Of a stretch of 24,000 nt of DNA, positions 9,509-19,467 are shown piece by piece. Below the pieces are notes generated by a model. It did no database searches, was not told where the DNA came from, and saw nothing but the letters and a program-made list of their open reading frames with translations. Positions within the stretch are counted from its first letter, which is position 1; every line of letters starts with the position of its first letter. A program made the translations under genes and the position numbers. Origin of the DNA: Aeromonas sp. (GTDB lineage Bacteria; Pseudomonadota; Gammaproteobacteria; Enterobacterales; Aeromonadaceae); the NCBI GenBank assembly GCA_051652185.1, contig JBOFTS010000008.1, positions 57,820-81,819 on the forward strand, written 5' to 3'.

Positions 9509-11632
9509 TTACAGGGCCGTGAACTCAATCAAGATGGCGGTGCTAGGATCGAGCACCGCCATCGCTAGGCCTACCTCTGTTAGCCACTCACCGGTTAGCT
9601 CGATCCCTTCATGGGTCCAAGCGGGCTGTTGATTGACTAAGCCCTGATGGAAATTGTCTGCCTGTGCCACCAATTTCACTCGGTAATGGCGATCTGCCGC
9701 TAAACCTGGCACCCGTAATACTCCGCCAAGGGCGTAGGTTTGCATATCGACCAATGCCACCATCACCAGCGCGGCGGATTGATCGGCAGCGACCACCCCG
9801 TGGATCATCTGGGCGGTATCATCTGCAGCAATGCGATAAGTGGTACCGGTGTGCAACAATTCCCGATATTGCTTATGCAACGCAATGTATTTGGCAAAGC
9901 CGGCTTTCTCTTGGACGGACTCTTTCACAGGATCAAGCTCAATGCCCATGTGACCAAACAGGGCCGTGATACCGCGAAAATGAATATCTGACACCCGTCG
10001 AGTGGCGTGGCAGTGACGCGCACCGATGTGTGAGCCCATCACCTCTGGTGGGAAGAAGTAGCTAAAGCCACGCTGGATCACTTGCCGATTAAGGGCGTCG
10101 TTGTTATCTGATGGCCAGAATCGTTGCACTCGCTTGAGCACTTCAAAATCGACTCGACCACCACCACTGGCACAAGATTCAATTTCTACCTGAGGATGTT
10201 TGGCTTTGAGCTCATCAATCAGCCGATAAAAGTTGTGCACCTGCGCATGTTGGGCCGCGCGGCCCTCATGGCCTGGCTGCACCACTTCGCGGTTCATATC
10301 CCACTTCAGGTAGCTGATGGGGTAGCGGCTAAGCAGCGCATCGAGTCGCTCTGACAAATAGGCAAATACCGCCGGATTTTGCAGATCGAGCACATATTGA
10401 TTGCGCCCCATGGGCTGCTCATAGGCGGGCATGGCCAGCAACCAATCAGGATGTTGGCGATAGAGATCCGAGTCTTTGTTGATCATTTCAGGCTCAACCC
10501 AGATCCCAAATTCCATCCCTTTGGCCAGCACATGGTTGATCACCGGATCCAGCCCTTCTGGGTATTTTTGCTCATCTAAATACCAGTCGCCGAGGGCAGC
10601 CTTGTCATTGTTGCGGCCCTTAAACCAACCATCATCGATGATAAAACGCTCAACCCCCATGCTGGCGGCTTCCGTGGCCATTTGCATGATGTACGCCGGA
10701 TCGTGATCAAAGTAGATCCCCTCCCACGTATTTAGGTGCACAGGACGCATCCGTTGACCCGATTGGCGCACCGGGAGCTGCAAAATCTCATCTCTGACAA
10801 AGCGATGGAACTGCTGGCTCATCAGGTTCAGGCCTTCACCACTGTAAGTGGCATAGAGCCACGGGGTGCTCAGTTGCTCCCCCTGCGCCAAACAGATTTC
10901 GCCGGGATGATAAATCGCCTCGGCCTGCAAGAAGCGGCGACCATCGGCTTTTACGTCAACCCGCATCCGGTGGTTACCACTCCACGCCAAATGGGCGCCC
11001 CACACTTCCCCTTGCTGCTCACTAAAGCCGTTGCTGCCAACCACTAATGCCGGAAAATGCTCATGGGAGGTGCGACCCCGGCGATTTTCTTGCTGATAGC
11101 CGCCGTGCTGCAAGGTGTGGCGATGCTGCTGAAACTCATTCACCCAGCGACCATAAAAAGAGAGGCAGTCATTGGCGCGGGCAGGCAGTGGCAAGGTGGT
11201 GGCGAGGCGATTGACGGTAAATGGCTCGGCGCCATCGTTGCGCAAAGCATGGCGAATGCTTAGCACATCACTGTCTGGGTCTAGCCGTAACTCACTGGTT
11301 AACGTCAGGTGAGCGGCCTTATCTTGGCTTATCAACCGCAAGCTATGGGGCTGTGGGTCAATTTCGATCAGGCTAAACACCGGTGACCAATCTTGGCCAT
11401 TGCGGTGCCCTTCGAGCGCCGGTGAGCTAAACACCCCACGCCCCGCATCCGGGAACAGGGTCAGTGGCACGTCCACATCTAACCGGCCATAAGGCACGGC
11501 CCGCACCAATGCTTGGCTTTGAGTGGGCTGAGGTTGGTGTAACTTTTTACCCCAGTGGATCAGCTCTGCCCCTTGCTCAAGGTTGATCAACAGATCGGTG
11601 TGCTTGCCGCTCAGTGTGATGATGTGCTTCAT
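9509..11632 (-). CDS. Alpha-galactosidase, glycoside hydrolase family 36 (RafA/AgaA-like)
   Basis: 707 aa, the same size class as E. coli RafA. GH36 hallmarks are present: ERFIIDDGWF, ISYLKWDMNR (nucleophile Asp region), EIESCASGGGRVDFEVL, WPSDNNDA. Confidence 0.88.
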   Translation of the reverse strand: MKHIITLSGKHTDLLINLEQGAELIHWGKKLHQPQPTQSQALVRAVPYGRLDVDVPLTLFPDAGRGVFSSPALEGHRNGQDWSPVFSLIEIDPQPHSLRLISQDKAAHLTLTSELRLDPDSDVLSIRHALRNDGAEPFTVNRLATTLPLPARANDCLSFYGRWVNEFQQHRHTLQHGGYQQENRRGRTSHEHFPALVVGSNGFSEQQGEVWGAHLAWSGNHRMRVDVKADGRRFLQAEAIYHPGEICLAQGEQLSTPWLYATYSGEGLNLMSQQFHRFVRDEILQLPVRQSGQRMRPVHLNTWEGIYFDHDPAYIMQMATEAASMGVERFIIDDGWFKGRNNDKAALGDWYLDEQKYPEGLDPVINHVLAKGMEFGIWVEPEMINKDSDLYRQHPDWLLAMPAYEQPMGRNQYVLDLQNPAVFAYLSERLDALLSRYPISYLKWDMNREVVQPGHEGRAAQHAQVHNFYRLIDELKAKHPQVEIESCASGGGRVDFEVLKRVQRFWPSDNNDALNRQVIQRGFSYFFPPEVMGSHIGARHCHATRRVSDIHFRGITALFGHMGIELDPVKESVQEKAGFAKYIALHKQYRELLHTGTTYRIAADDTAQMIHGVVAADQSAALVMVALVDMQTYALGGVLRVPGLAADRHYRVKLVAQADNFHQGLVNQQPAWTHEGIELTGEWLTEVGLAMAVLDPSTAILIEFTAL

Positions 11633-11812
11633 GGCTCTCCCTCAACGTGGTGTGTAGACGGGCTAGATGATCCCGCCAATATCAATAACCTGGTGCAACA
11701 AGTGGGCCTGCAACATGGATCGTCAACGCGATCGGTACGGGCCTAAATGGCAATGGATGAGGTAGAGAGTAACGAAAAGCCAAAGGGCATGCTGTGACCT
11801 AGCTGGCAATTA

Positions 11813-11828
11813 GTGGAAGCGGTAACAA
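11813..11828. promoter_or_regulatory. GalR/LacI-type operator upstream of the alpha-galactosidase gene
   Basis: GTGGAAGCGGTAACAA matches 13/16 to E. coli gal OI (GTGGTAGCGGTTACAT) as recalled. It lies about 180 bp upstream of the start at 11632. A weak CRP-like TGTGA-N6-TGGCA sits next to it at 11793-11808. Confidence 0.5.
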
Positions 11829-11999
11829 CTCCCCATCAGCAGCCCGATCATGGTGATCGAGCCTGATGATCAGGCCTAATGATCTGATGATCAGGCGTAA
11901 GACGGTGCGCGGTGATCGTGCTAGGCACCATTGAGTAACAGGTGCCATCCACCAAGACGAAGCAAAGCAGACATAACAAAAGGGAGGACCACGCTAATC

Positions 12000-13016
12000 C
12001 TAGCGAGTGAAGCCCGCCACGTGAGGGGCCACCGACTGGCGATTGATCAAAATAGGGCTGTAGATCCGCGACTGGGGCGGGAGTGGCTCCCCTCGGATCA
12101 AGGCCAATGACAAACGCGCCGCCTGCGCCGCCATCAATTCGATGGGATAACGCATGGTGGTCAGTTTAGGGCGCAGATAACGGGCATAAATAATGTCATC
12201 AAAACCAATCACCGAGACCTCTTCAGGTACTCGCACACCATTATCAGCGAGCACCGAGAGCGCCCCTGCCGCCATCGCATCGTTGTGAGTCACAATCGCA
12301 GTCAGGGGTACCCCTTTGGCTAGCAGGTTTAGCATGGCGTGCTCGCCCCCCTCTTCATTGGGCTTTGCATACTCAATCAACTCACTATTGGCAGCGATGC
12401 CGGCCTCAAATAGCGCATCTTGATAGCCAATCAAACGAGAACTGGCATCTTCAATGGGCTGATTGGAGCCTAAATACGCGATCTGAGTGTGCCCTTGCCC
12501 CAACATATGGCGAGTGGCCAAGGTGGCACCTTGTTGGTTATTAAGGGCAATGCAACGCCCCTCAAGGGCTGGAATATCACGATTAATCAATACCATGCCG
12601 GGAATGCGCTGCGCATATTGCAGCAACTCATCATCGGTGAGTGCTTTGCTGTGTACCACCAATCCTTCACAGCGACGGGCAATCAGCAGCTCAATGGCCT
12701 CCCGCTCACCCAATGCGGTGTGCAAACCATTGCCCACCAACAGATGCAATCCTTGCTCTGTGGCGACAGTGCCGACCCCTTTCACCAAGGCCCCGAAAAA
12801 TGGATCAGCCACATCACCGACCACCACCCCAAAGGTGTCACAGCTTTGATTGGCAAGGGCACGGGCATTGGCGTTAGGGGTGTAATCCAGCGCAGTCATG
12901 GCCGTTAGCACGGCACTTCGCGCCGCAGCACTGGCTTTAGGTGAGTTATTCAACACTCGTGAAACCGTGGCCACGGACACCTCGGCAAGACGCGCTACAT
13001 CCTTGATAGTGCTCAT
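12000..13016 (-). CDS. galR: LacI-family galactose repressor (GalR/GalS-like)
   Basis: MSTIKDVARLAEVSVATVSRVLNNSPKASAAARSAVLTAMTALDYTPNANARALA closely parallels the E. coli GalR N-terminus as recalled. The ORF is colinear through ...GFDDIIYARYLRPKLTTMRYPI.... It is divergent from galE. Confidence 0.88.
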   Translation of the reverse strand: MSTIKDVARLAEVSVATVSRVLNNSPKASAAARSAVLTAMTALDYTPNANARALANQSCDTFGVVVGDVADPFFGALVKGVGTVATEQGLHLLVGNGLHTALGEREAIELLIARRCEGLVVHSKALTDDELLQYAQRIPGMVLINRDIPALEGRCIALNNQQGATLATRHMLGQGHTQIAYLGSNQPIEDASSRLIGYQDALFEAGIAANSELIEYAKPNEEGGEHAMLNLLAKGVPLTAIVTHNDAMAAGALSVLADNGVRVPEEVSVIGFDDIIYARYLRPKLTTMRYPIELMAAQAARLSLALIRGEPLPPQSRIYSPILINRQSVAPHVAGFTR

Positions 13017-13098
13017 ATATTTCGCTTTTCATGGTTTGGCATGACGCCAGTATACCGTGACCCCAACCCTAAAAATGGGAGCAAACAGCCAAAAATGG

Positions 13099-13135
13099 CA
13101 TTGATGCATCATTGATACACCCTTGATGCACCATT
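13099..13135. repeat. About 3.4 copies of an 11-bp tandem repeat (CATTGATGCAT / CATTGATACAC / CCTTGATGCAC / CATT) in the galR-galE divergent region
   Basis: Read directly. The first unit contains the perfect 10-bp palindrome TGATGCATCA (13102-13111). Confidence 0.8.
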
Positions 13136-13167
13136 TTGTAAACTGGCTCAGATCTTGCGCAAAACCA

Positions 13168-13183
13168 CTGTAACCGATTACAC
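13168..13183. promoter_or_regulatory. GalR operator (OE-like) upstream of galETKM
   Basis: CTGTAACCGATTACAC matches 13/16 to E. coli gal OE (GTGTAAACGATTCCAC) as recalled and is 12/16 self-complementary. It lies about 85 bp upstream of the galE ATG. Confidence 0.65.
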
Positions 13184-13262
13184 CGTTTGTCGAGGCGGTC
13201 ACAGTTTCATGAAATTGGCTCGTTTACACTGCCTCGCAACTAACCTGGTAGGGGAAAATGGG

Positions 13263-14276
13263 ATGAAAATTCTGGTAACCGGCGGTTGTGGCTATATCGG
13301 CAGCCACACCACCTTGGCGTTGATGGCTGCAGGGCATGAGCCTGTGCTATTTGACAACCTGTGCAATAGCAACATCGCCGTACTGGATCGGATTACCGCC
13401 ATTACGGGCCGTCAACCGCGCTTTTATCGTGGGGATGTCCGTGATGAAGCCTTGCTCGAGCAAGTGATGCGCACCGAACAGATTGATGCGGTGATCCATT
13501 TTGCTGCCCTCAAGGCGGTGGGTGAATCGACCCAAATTCCCCTCGATTACTATGAAAACAACCTGACCGGCACCTTGGTGTTGCTGCGCGCCATGAAAAC
13601 GTGCCAAGTCCACACCTTGGTATTTAGCTCATCGGCCACTGTGTATGGCGATCCGGCATCCGTGCCTATTCGTGAAGATTTTCCGCGCTCTGCCACCAAC
13701 CCTTACGGTCGATCCAAGTTGATCATCGAGCAGGTGATGGAAGATCTTCAGGCTGCTGAGCCGCATTGGAGCATGGTGCAACTGCGCTACTTCAACCCTG
13801 TTGGCGCCCATGAATCTGGCACCATGGGTGAAGATCCCCAAGGGATCCCCAACAATTTGATGCCTTATATTACCCAAGTTGCGATCGGTCGCCGCGAGCA
13901 TTTGAGTGTGTTTGGTGGCGATTACCCCACCGTCGATGGCACTGGGGTTCGCGACTATATCCATGTGATGGACTTGGCCGAAGGTCACGTCAAAGCCCTC
14001 GAGCATTGCCACGCCAAGCAAGGGGTGCATACCTATAACCTCGGCACTGGCAAGGGTTATAGCGTGCTGCAAATGGTGGCGTCGTTTTCTCAAGCCTGTG
14101 GCCGCCCGCTGCCTTATCAGATTGTGCCACGCCGCGCCGGCGATATCGCTGAGTGCTGGGCCGATCCGGCCAAAGCGCAGCAAGAGCTAGGGTGGTACGC
14201 CAGCCGCGATCTGCCGGCCATGTGCGCCGACAGCTGGCGCTGGCAGTCCACTAACCCCAAAGGGTATGAGGCATAA
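13263..14276 (+). CDS. galE: UDP-glucose 4-epimerase
   Basis: MKILVTGGCGYIGSH (Rossmann GxxGxxG) and the PYGRSK (YxxxK) catalytic motif. The ORF-track start at 13155 is a TTG extension that covers the operator. ATG 13263 gives the canonical N-terminus. Confidence 0.93.
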   Translation: MKILVTGGCGYIGSHTTLALMAAGHEPVLFDNLCNSNIAVLDRITAITGRQPRFYRGDVRDEALLEQVMRTEQIDAVIHFAALKAVGESTQIPLDYYENNLTGTLVLLRAMKTCQVHTLVFSSSATVYGDPASVPIREDFPRSATNPYGRSKLIIEQVMEDLQAAEPHWSMVQLRYFNPVGAHESGTMGEDPQGIPNNLMPYITQVAIGRREHLSVFGGDYPTVDGTGVRDYIHVMDLAEGHVKALEHCHAKQGVHTYNLGTGKGYSVLQMVASFSQACGRPLPYQIVPRRAGDIAECWADPAKAQQELGWYASRDLPAMCADSWRWQSTNPKGYEA

Positions 14277-14356
14277 ATTCTCACTCGCCATGTTTGTTAT
14301 ATCGCGCCACGGACCTCACATGTTGGGCGCCTTTTTACCACTTTTAAGGAGTGATG

Positions 14357-15436
14357 ATGTTTAACCCAATTGATCATCCGCACCGTCGTTTTAATCCACT
14401 CACTGGCCAATATGTGCTGGTATCACCGCACCGAGCCAAGCGTCCTTGGCAAGGGCAAGTTGAAAAAGTAAGTGCCGCGCCCAAGCAGGCTCATGATGCT
14501 GAATGCTTCCTTTGCGCTGGCAATACCCGCGTGACCGGTGACATTAACCCGCACTATCAGGGCACCTTTGTATTTACCAACGACTTTGCAGCCCTGATGC
14601 AAGACACCCCAGCAGCAGAGCAATCGAGCGATCCGCTGCTCAAGTTAGAAGCGGCCCGTGGTACCAGCCGCGTGATCTGCTTTTCTCCGGATCACGGTAA
14701 GACCCTACCTGAGCTGCCGTTGCCTGCCATCGAAGGGGTGATCAGCACCTGGATCGATCAGGTCAACGAGCTGTCAGGTCAGTGGAATTGGGTGCAAGTT
14801 TTTGAAAATAAAGGGGCCGCCATGGGTTGCTCCAACCCGCACCCCCACGGTCAAGTGTGGGGCAGCGATTTTGTGCCTAACGAAATTGCCCGCGAAGAGC
14901 AGCTGCAACAAGCATGGCTGGCCACCCACGGCAGCCCCATGCTGCTGCAATATGTTGAGCGGGAATTAGCCGATCGCTCGCGCATCGTGGTCGAAACCGA
15001 GCACTGGCTGGCGGTTGTCCCATTTTGGGCCGCCTGGCCGTTCGAAACCTTGCTGCTACCTAAGGCTCATGTGCCTTCAATGACCGATTTAACCATCGCC
15101 CAGCAGCAAGATCTCGCCATTGCCCTTAAAGAGCTGACCAGCCGCTACGACAACCTGTTCGAATGCAGCTTCCCTTACTCCATGGGTTGGCACTTTGCCC
15201 CGCCGCACTCTGAGTGCCCTGAAGCGTGGCAGTTGCATGCCCATTTTTATCCACCGTTGCTGCGCTCAGCGACTGTACGCAAATTTATGGTGGGTTTTGA
15301 AATGCTGGCCGAAACCCAGCGCGATCTGACCCCCGAGCAAGCGGCCGAACGCCTGCGGGCCGTCAGCCCGATCCACTTCAATCACACCCAACACGCTAAC
15401 GCCAATCAAGCTACCGCCAATGAGGAGGCCCTATGA
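14357..15436 (+). CDS. galT: Galactose-1-phosphate uridylyltransferase
   Basis: (M)[33 protein letters not shown] and [11 protein letters not shown] (the His-Pro-His active site). AAGGAG sits at 14346-14351. The start is ATG 14357 or 14354; GTG 14351 is unlikely. Confidence 0.93.
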   Translation: MFNPIDHPHRRFNPLTGQYVLVSPHRAKRPWQGQVEKVSAAPKQAHDAECFLCAGNTRVTGDINPHYQGTFVFTNDFAALMQDTPAAEQSSDPLLKLEAARGTSRVICFSPDHGKTLPELPLPAIEGVISTWIDQVNELSGQWNWVQVFENKGAAMGCSNPHPHGQVWGSDFVPNEIAREEQLQQAWLATHGSPMLLQYVERELADRSRIVVETEHWLAVVPFWAAWPFETLLLPKAHVPSMTDLTIAQQQDLAIALKELTSRYDNLFECSFPYSMGWHFAPPHSECPEAWQLHAHFYPPLLRSATVRKFMVGFEMLAETQRDLTPEQAAERLRAVSPIHFNHTQHANANQATANEEAL

Positions 15437-16581
15437 CCCCTAACCAACGCGTTCGTACCGTTTTTGCCGAACAATTTCTCAAAGCGCCCGATCTCCTCGT
15501 GCGTGCGCCAGGTCGCGTTAACCTTATCGGCGAACACACCGACTACAACGATGGCTTTGTGCTGCCTTGCGCCATCGATTACGAAGCTTGTGTGGCCATT
15601 GGCTTGCGTGACGATAACAAGGTGCAGGTGATTGCTGCCGACTATGACAATCAGCGTGATGAGTTCGATTTAGATCAACCCATCACCCATCACCCAGACC
15701 AACGCTGGAGCGATTATATTCGCGGCGTGGTGAAGTGCCTGCAAGAGCGCGGCTATGGGCTGCGCGGCCTGGACTTAGTGGTCTCAGGTAACGTGCCACA
15801 AGGAGCCGGTCTCTCCTCTTCTGCATCATTAGAAGTGGCCATTGGCCAAGCCTTTAAAGAGGCGCAAGGTCTCGATATCAGCCAGGCAGACATTGCCCTT
15901 AACGGTCAGCAGGCCGAGAACCAGTTTGTTGGCTGTAACTGCGGCATCATGGATCAGATGATCTCTGCTAGCGGCAAAGCTGACCACGCCCTGCTGCTAG
16001 ATTGCCGTTCACTCGAAACCCGCTTGATCCCTATGCCAACCAATTTGGCAGTGCTGATCGTCAACTCCAATATTCGCCGAGGCCTGGTTGATAGCGAATA
16101 CAACACCCGCCGCGAGCAGTGTGAAGCGGCGGCTCGCCACTACGGCGTGAAAGCGCTGCGGGATTTAGATCTGGCCGGTTTAGAAGCGGGCAAAGCTGGC
16201 TTAGATGAAGCCTGCTATCGCCGCGCCCGTCACGTGGTGGGTGAAAATGCGCGCACCTTGGCGGCAGCCGATGCGCTGGCTAGCCACGATTTGACTCGCC
16301 TTGGCGAGCTGATGGCCGAATCTCACGCCGCCATGCGCGATGACTTTGAAATCACCGTGCCCGCCATTGATGGGCTAGTTGAAATTATCAAAGCCCGCAT
16401 TGGGACTGAAGGCGGCGTGCGGATGACCGGCGGCGGTTTTGGCGGGTGCGTGGTAGCTCTGCTGCGCCCAGAGAAAGTGGCCGAGGTGATTGCCGCCGTT
16501 GAAGCCCAATACCCCGCTATCTCTGGCCTTAAGGCAGATTGCTATGTCTGCTCTGCTCGCGCAGGTGCAGGCAAGGTATGA
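15433..16581 (+). CDS. galK: Galactokinase
   Basis: [23 protein letters not shown] and [12 protein letters not shown], the GHMP kinase motifs. The start overlaps the galT stop as ATGA. Confidence 0.93.
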   Translation: MTPNQRVRTVFAEQFLKAPDLLVRAPGRVNLIGEHTDYNDGFVLPCAIDYEACVAIGLRDDNKVQVIAADYDNQRDEFDLDQPITHHPDQRWSDYIRGVVKCLQERGYGLRGLDLVVSGNVPQGAGLSSSASLEVAIGQAFKEAQGLDISQADIALNGQQAENQFVGCNCGIMDQMISASGKADHALLLDCRSLETRLIPMPTNLAVLIVNSNIRRGLVDSEYNTRREQCEAAARHYGVKALRDLDLAGLEAGKAGLDEACYRRARHVVGENARTLAAADALASHDLTRLGELMAESHAAMRDDFEITVPAIDGLVEIIKARIGTEGGVRMTGGGFGGCVVALLRPEKVAEVIAAVEAQYPAISGLKADCYVCSARAGAGKV

Positions 16582-17546
16582 TCCCGTTCGAGCTGGAAAA
16601 TAAGGAGGGGCTGCGCCTGCGCGGCCTCGACTTTGGCGCCACCTTAACCTCCCTCACGTTGCCGCTGGCTAATGGCCGGCGGGAAGTGCTGCTCGATTGC
16701 CCCGATGAGGCATATCCCACCCAGCAAGTGTGGTTAGGCGCCGTGGCGGGTCGCTTTGCTAATCGTATTGGCGGCGCTGAGCTGGTGCGTGACGGTCAGT
16801 GCTGGCCACTGAATGCCAATCAGGCAGGTAACTGCTTGCACGGTGGCCACCAAGGCTTTCATCGCCGCACTTGGCAGATTGAAGAGCAAGAGGCCGATCG
16901 GGTTAAGCTCTCTTTATTATCTAAAGAGGGCGATCAGGGGTTTCCGGGTAACTTACACGTCAACTTAGAATATCGCCTTGAACAGCACGATCTGGTGGTG
17001 GAGTTTAGCGCCACGACCGATGCGCCAACGCCGGTTAGCCTCACTAGCCACGCCTACTTTAATCTCAATGGCGGCGGCGATGTGCGCACCCACACTATCA
17101 GCCTCAATGCAGATAACTTTGTTCCCACCGATCAACAGAGCCTACCGCTTGGCATTGCGCCTGTTGAAGGGCCCTTTGATCTGCGATCACCGCGCGCCAT
17201 TGGGCAAGATTGGCTAAGCCACCCCCAGCTGCAACAAGCTAAGGGCTATGATCACGCCTTTGTGCTCAATAACCCATTGAATGAGTGCGCAGCCAAGGTG
17301 GTGTCAGCCGATCAGCAATTGGCGCTTGAGGTCTATACCAACCAGCCCTCATTACAGTTTTATAGCGGTAACTGGTTAGCCAATACCCCCATGAGCCAAG
17401 ATCAGGTGTATCAGGATCACAGCGGTTTTTGTCTTGAAGCGCAGCAACTGCCGGACAGCCCTAATCGTCCAGAGCTAGGTGACCCTTGGCTACAACCAGG
17501 TCAGCGTTATTATCATCAGACCCGCTATCGCTTTATCCCCGCCTGA
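16578..17546 (+). CDS. galM: Aldose 1-epimerase (galactose mutarotase)
   Basis: ATG 16578 overlaps the galK TGA as [21 protein letters not shown] and TSHAYFNL are mutarotase motifs. The ORF-track start at 16539 lies inside galK. Confidence 0.88.
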   Translation: MIPFELENKEGLRLRGLDFGATLTSLTLPLANGRREVLLDCPDEAYPTQQVWLGAVAGRFANRIGGAELVRDGQCWPLNANQAGNCLHGGHQGFHRRTWQIEEQEADRVKLSLLSKEGDQGFPGNLHVNLEYRLEQHDLVVEFSATTDAPTPVSLTSHAYFNLNGGGDVRTHTISLNADNFVPTDQQSLPLGIAPVEGPFDLRSPRAIGQDWLSHPQLQQAKGYDHAFVLNNPLNECAAKVVSADQQLALEVYTNQPSLQFYSGNWLANTPMSQDQVYQDHSGFCLEAQQLPDSPNRPELGDPWLQPGQRYYHQTRYRFIPA

Positions 17547-17608
17547 AGATGTCGGAGCGAATGCATTTTTACATAGCCTCGCTCACCACAATCGCGCAAA
17601 ATACGTCA

Positions 17609-17632
17609 CCCCAGCAGCCGCTGGGGTTTTTT
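17609..17632 (+). terminator. Rho-independent terminator of the gal operon
   Basis: ccccagc (17609-15), loop agcc, gctgggg (17620-26), then tttttt (17627-32). Confidence 0.8.
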
Positions 17633-17676
17633 ATCTATCCGCCTTATCTACAAACCAAGTAAGGACTGTTTGTTCG

Positions 17677-18492
17677 ATGATTGACACCTATAACCTGCTG
17701 GTCGCCTTTATTTTGGGCGTCGTTGAAGGGCTGACCGAATTTCTCCCTGTTTCCTCTACTGGCCACATGATTATCGTGGGCCACCTGCTGGGCTTTGACG
17801 GGCCTAAGGCTGCGACGTTTGAAGTAGTGATCCAACTCGGCTCGATCCTTGCCGTGGTTGCCGTCTTCTGGCGCCGGCTATTTGGCCTCATTGGCATCCA
17901 TTTTGGCCAAAAACCCACCCAAAATCATGCCACCTTGTCACTGGTGCATGTGATCCTCGGCATGCTGCCCGCCGTCATCATCGGTCTTGCTATCCATAGC
18001 TGGATCAAGGCCCACCTGTTTGGCCCAGAGACCGTGATGTATGCGCTGGTTGCTGGCGGTATCTTGTTGATCATTGCCGAAAAATGCCGCCCAGCCGTCA
18101 TCGCCGAAACCTTAGATGACATCAGCTATAAGCAGGCATTTGGCATTGGCCTATTTCAATGTCTGGCGCTGTGGCCAGGTTTTTCACGCTCTGGCGCCAC
18201 CATCAGTGGGGGAATGTTGATGGGGATTAGCCGCCATGCGGCCGCTGAATTCTCCTTTATCATGGCCGTGCCGATGATGGTTGCGGCTAGCGGGCTGGAT
18301 CTTTACAAGAGCCGTGATTTTCTATCGATGGCTGATTTGCCAATGTTTGCAGTGGGCTTTATCACCGCCTTCGTGGTGGCGATGTTTGCCATCAAGACCT
18401 TCCTGGCGTTGATCCGTCGCATGACGTTTATTCCGTTCGCCATCTACCGTTTTATCGTGGCGTTTGCGGTTTATCTGCTTTTTGTTGCCTAA
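17677..18492 (+). CDS. uppP: Undecaprenyl-diphosphate phosphatase (BacA/UppP)
   Basis: ATG 17677 gives [40 protein letters not shown]..., colinear with E. coli UppP as recalled. The [15 protein letters not shown] motif is present. The ORF-track start at 17479 overlaps galM and the terminator. Confidence 0.92.
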   Translation: MIDTYNLLVAFILGVVEGLTEFLPVSSTGHMIIVGHLLGFDGPKAATFEVVIQLGSILAVVAVFWRRLFGLIGIHFGQKPTQNHATLSLVHVILGMLPAVIIGLAIHSWIKAHLFGPETVMYALVAGGILLIIAEKCRPAVIAETLDDISYKQAFGIGLFQCLALWPGFSRSGATISGGMLMGISRHAAAEFSFIMAVPMMVAASGLDLYKSRDFLSMADLPMFAVGFITAFVVAMFAIKTFLALIRRMTFIPFAIYRFIVAFAVYLLFVA

Positions 18493-18512
18493 TCCATTCG
18501 CGGCAACACCAT

Positions 18513-18541
18513 AAAAAAGGGACCTTATTGGTCCCTTTTTT
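18513..18541. terminator. Bidirectional rho-independent terminator between the convergent uppP and LON-domain genes
   Basis: aaaaaagggacc (18513-24), loop ttatt, ggtccctttttt (18530-41), with perfect 12-bp arms. Confidence 0.85.
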
Positions 18542-18583
18542 AGTCTGTTATTGGCCCGCTTTAACGCAGGCCCCTCGCCGCCA

Positions 18584-19150
18584 TCAGTGGCTCGCCATGA
18601 GCACCCCTTGGATCAATGCCAGCGCAGACTGACTATCGGAGGCGGCCAGCAACGACTGCTTTTGCTCAACGGGCAGCGGCAGCACTTCAAGCCAACGCTG
18701 GGCGATCCAGCTCCCCTCATCCCAGCAAGGGGCGGTATAGAGTTCGGCATAATCAGGAGAGTCGGCAAAGACCCCTTGCAACCCTTCAACGAGGGGCAAC
18801 TGATCAGGGCTCAGTGGCTGAGTGGGCCATGGCGCCAGTGCCATCACCTGACCAACACGCAAGCCATCGCTCTCTTGCCACACCTCGTCGATGGCGACCC
18901 GCTCAACCCCTTGTACGGTAATCCCTAAGGTGCCATCTGATAGCTGATCAAAATCGATAATGGTGACGCGGGTTGCGATCGGCAACATGTTGCGCAAGGC
19001 ATCGGGCTGCTCAGGGTTCACCATGCAGATGGCAAAGCCCGTCTCGCCAGCCTCAATAATCATCCGTTGGTATCTTGGTTCAAAAATGCGCAGTGGCATG
19101 ATGCCACCGGGTAGCAGTTGCGATGAAAGGGGAAACAGCGCCAGTTGCAT
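18584..19150 (-). CDS. LON N-terminal (substrate-binding) domain-containing protein
   Basis: MQLALFPLSSQLLPGGIMPLRIFEPRYQRMI is the typical start of stand-alone Lon N-domain proteins. GAGGAG lies 7 nt upstream of ATG 19150. Confidence 0.75.
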   Translation of the reverse strand: MQLALFPLSSQLLPGGIMPLRIFEPRYQRMIIEAGETGFAICMVNPEQPDALRNMLPIATRVTIIDFDQLSDGTLGITVQGVERVAIDEVWQESDGLRVGQVMALAPWPTQPLSPDQLPLVEGLQGVFADSPDYAELYTAPCWDEGSWIAQRWLEVLPLPVEQKQSLLAASDSQSALALIQGVLMASH

Positions 19151-19467
19151 AGCACACTCCTCGGTGAGGTATTGCTGTTGATATGCTCGGCCAAACAGCC
19201 GAGATGATGGGCGGCGTCAAATCGGTGGCGTCAAAAAGAAGCGTAAACATGAGCCAGGTGCCGCCAAGATACCCAGCTTGGGGGCGCGAGAAACATCAAT
19301 GGTGGCCATATTACCGCTGTAAGCACAGATATGGGCGTTAAAAGTGCGTAAATGTCTGCCCAACTGCCCACGACGGGTCATCCCTATAGTTTTCTCGAGC
19401 CGATGCGGGTAAAATTCACGCTCTTATATTTCAGTCATTTTTCGACGAGCAACCTTGGTGGTCAGTT

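Noticed and set aside
13270-13300. Possible internal GalR operator (OI equivalent) at the start of galE
   Set aside because: Only a left half-site (GGTAACCGG) is present and the right half does not match. At the position homologous to E. coli OI the match is only about 10/16 and the central CG is lost.
13347-14183. 88-aa and 184-aa minus-strand ORFs inside galE
   Set aside because: Both are antisense to galE and have no recognisable domains.
18551-18928. 125-aa and 101-aa plus-strand ORFs opposite the LON-domain gene
   Set aside because: Both are antisense to a gene with a strong SD and a family-typical N-terminus, and they are Arg/Pro/Gly-rich shadow frames.
19213-19235. GGCGTCAAA direct repeat (19213-19221, 19227-19235) and a small hairpin in the LON-domain/argS divergent region
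   Set aside because: The repeat is short and low-information, with no recognisable regulatory consensus. It is not distinguishable from chance.
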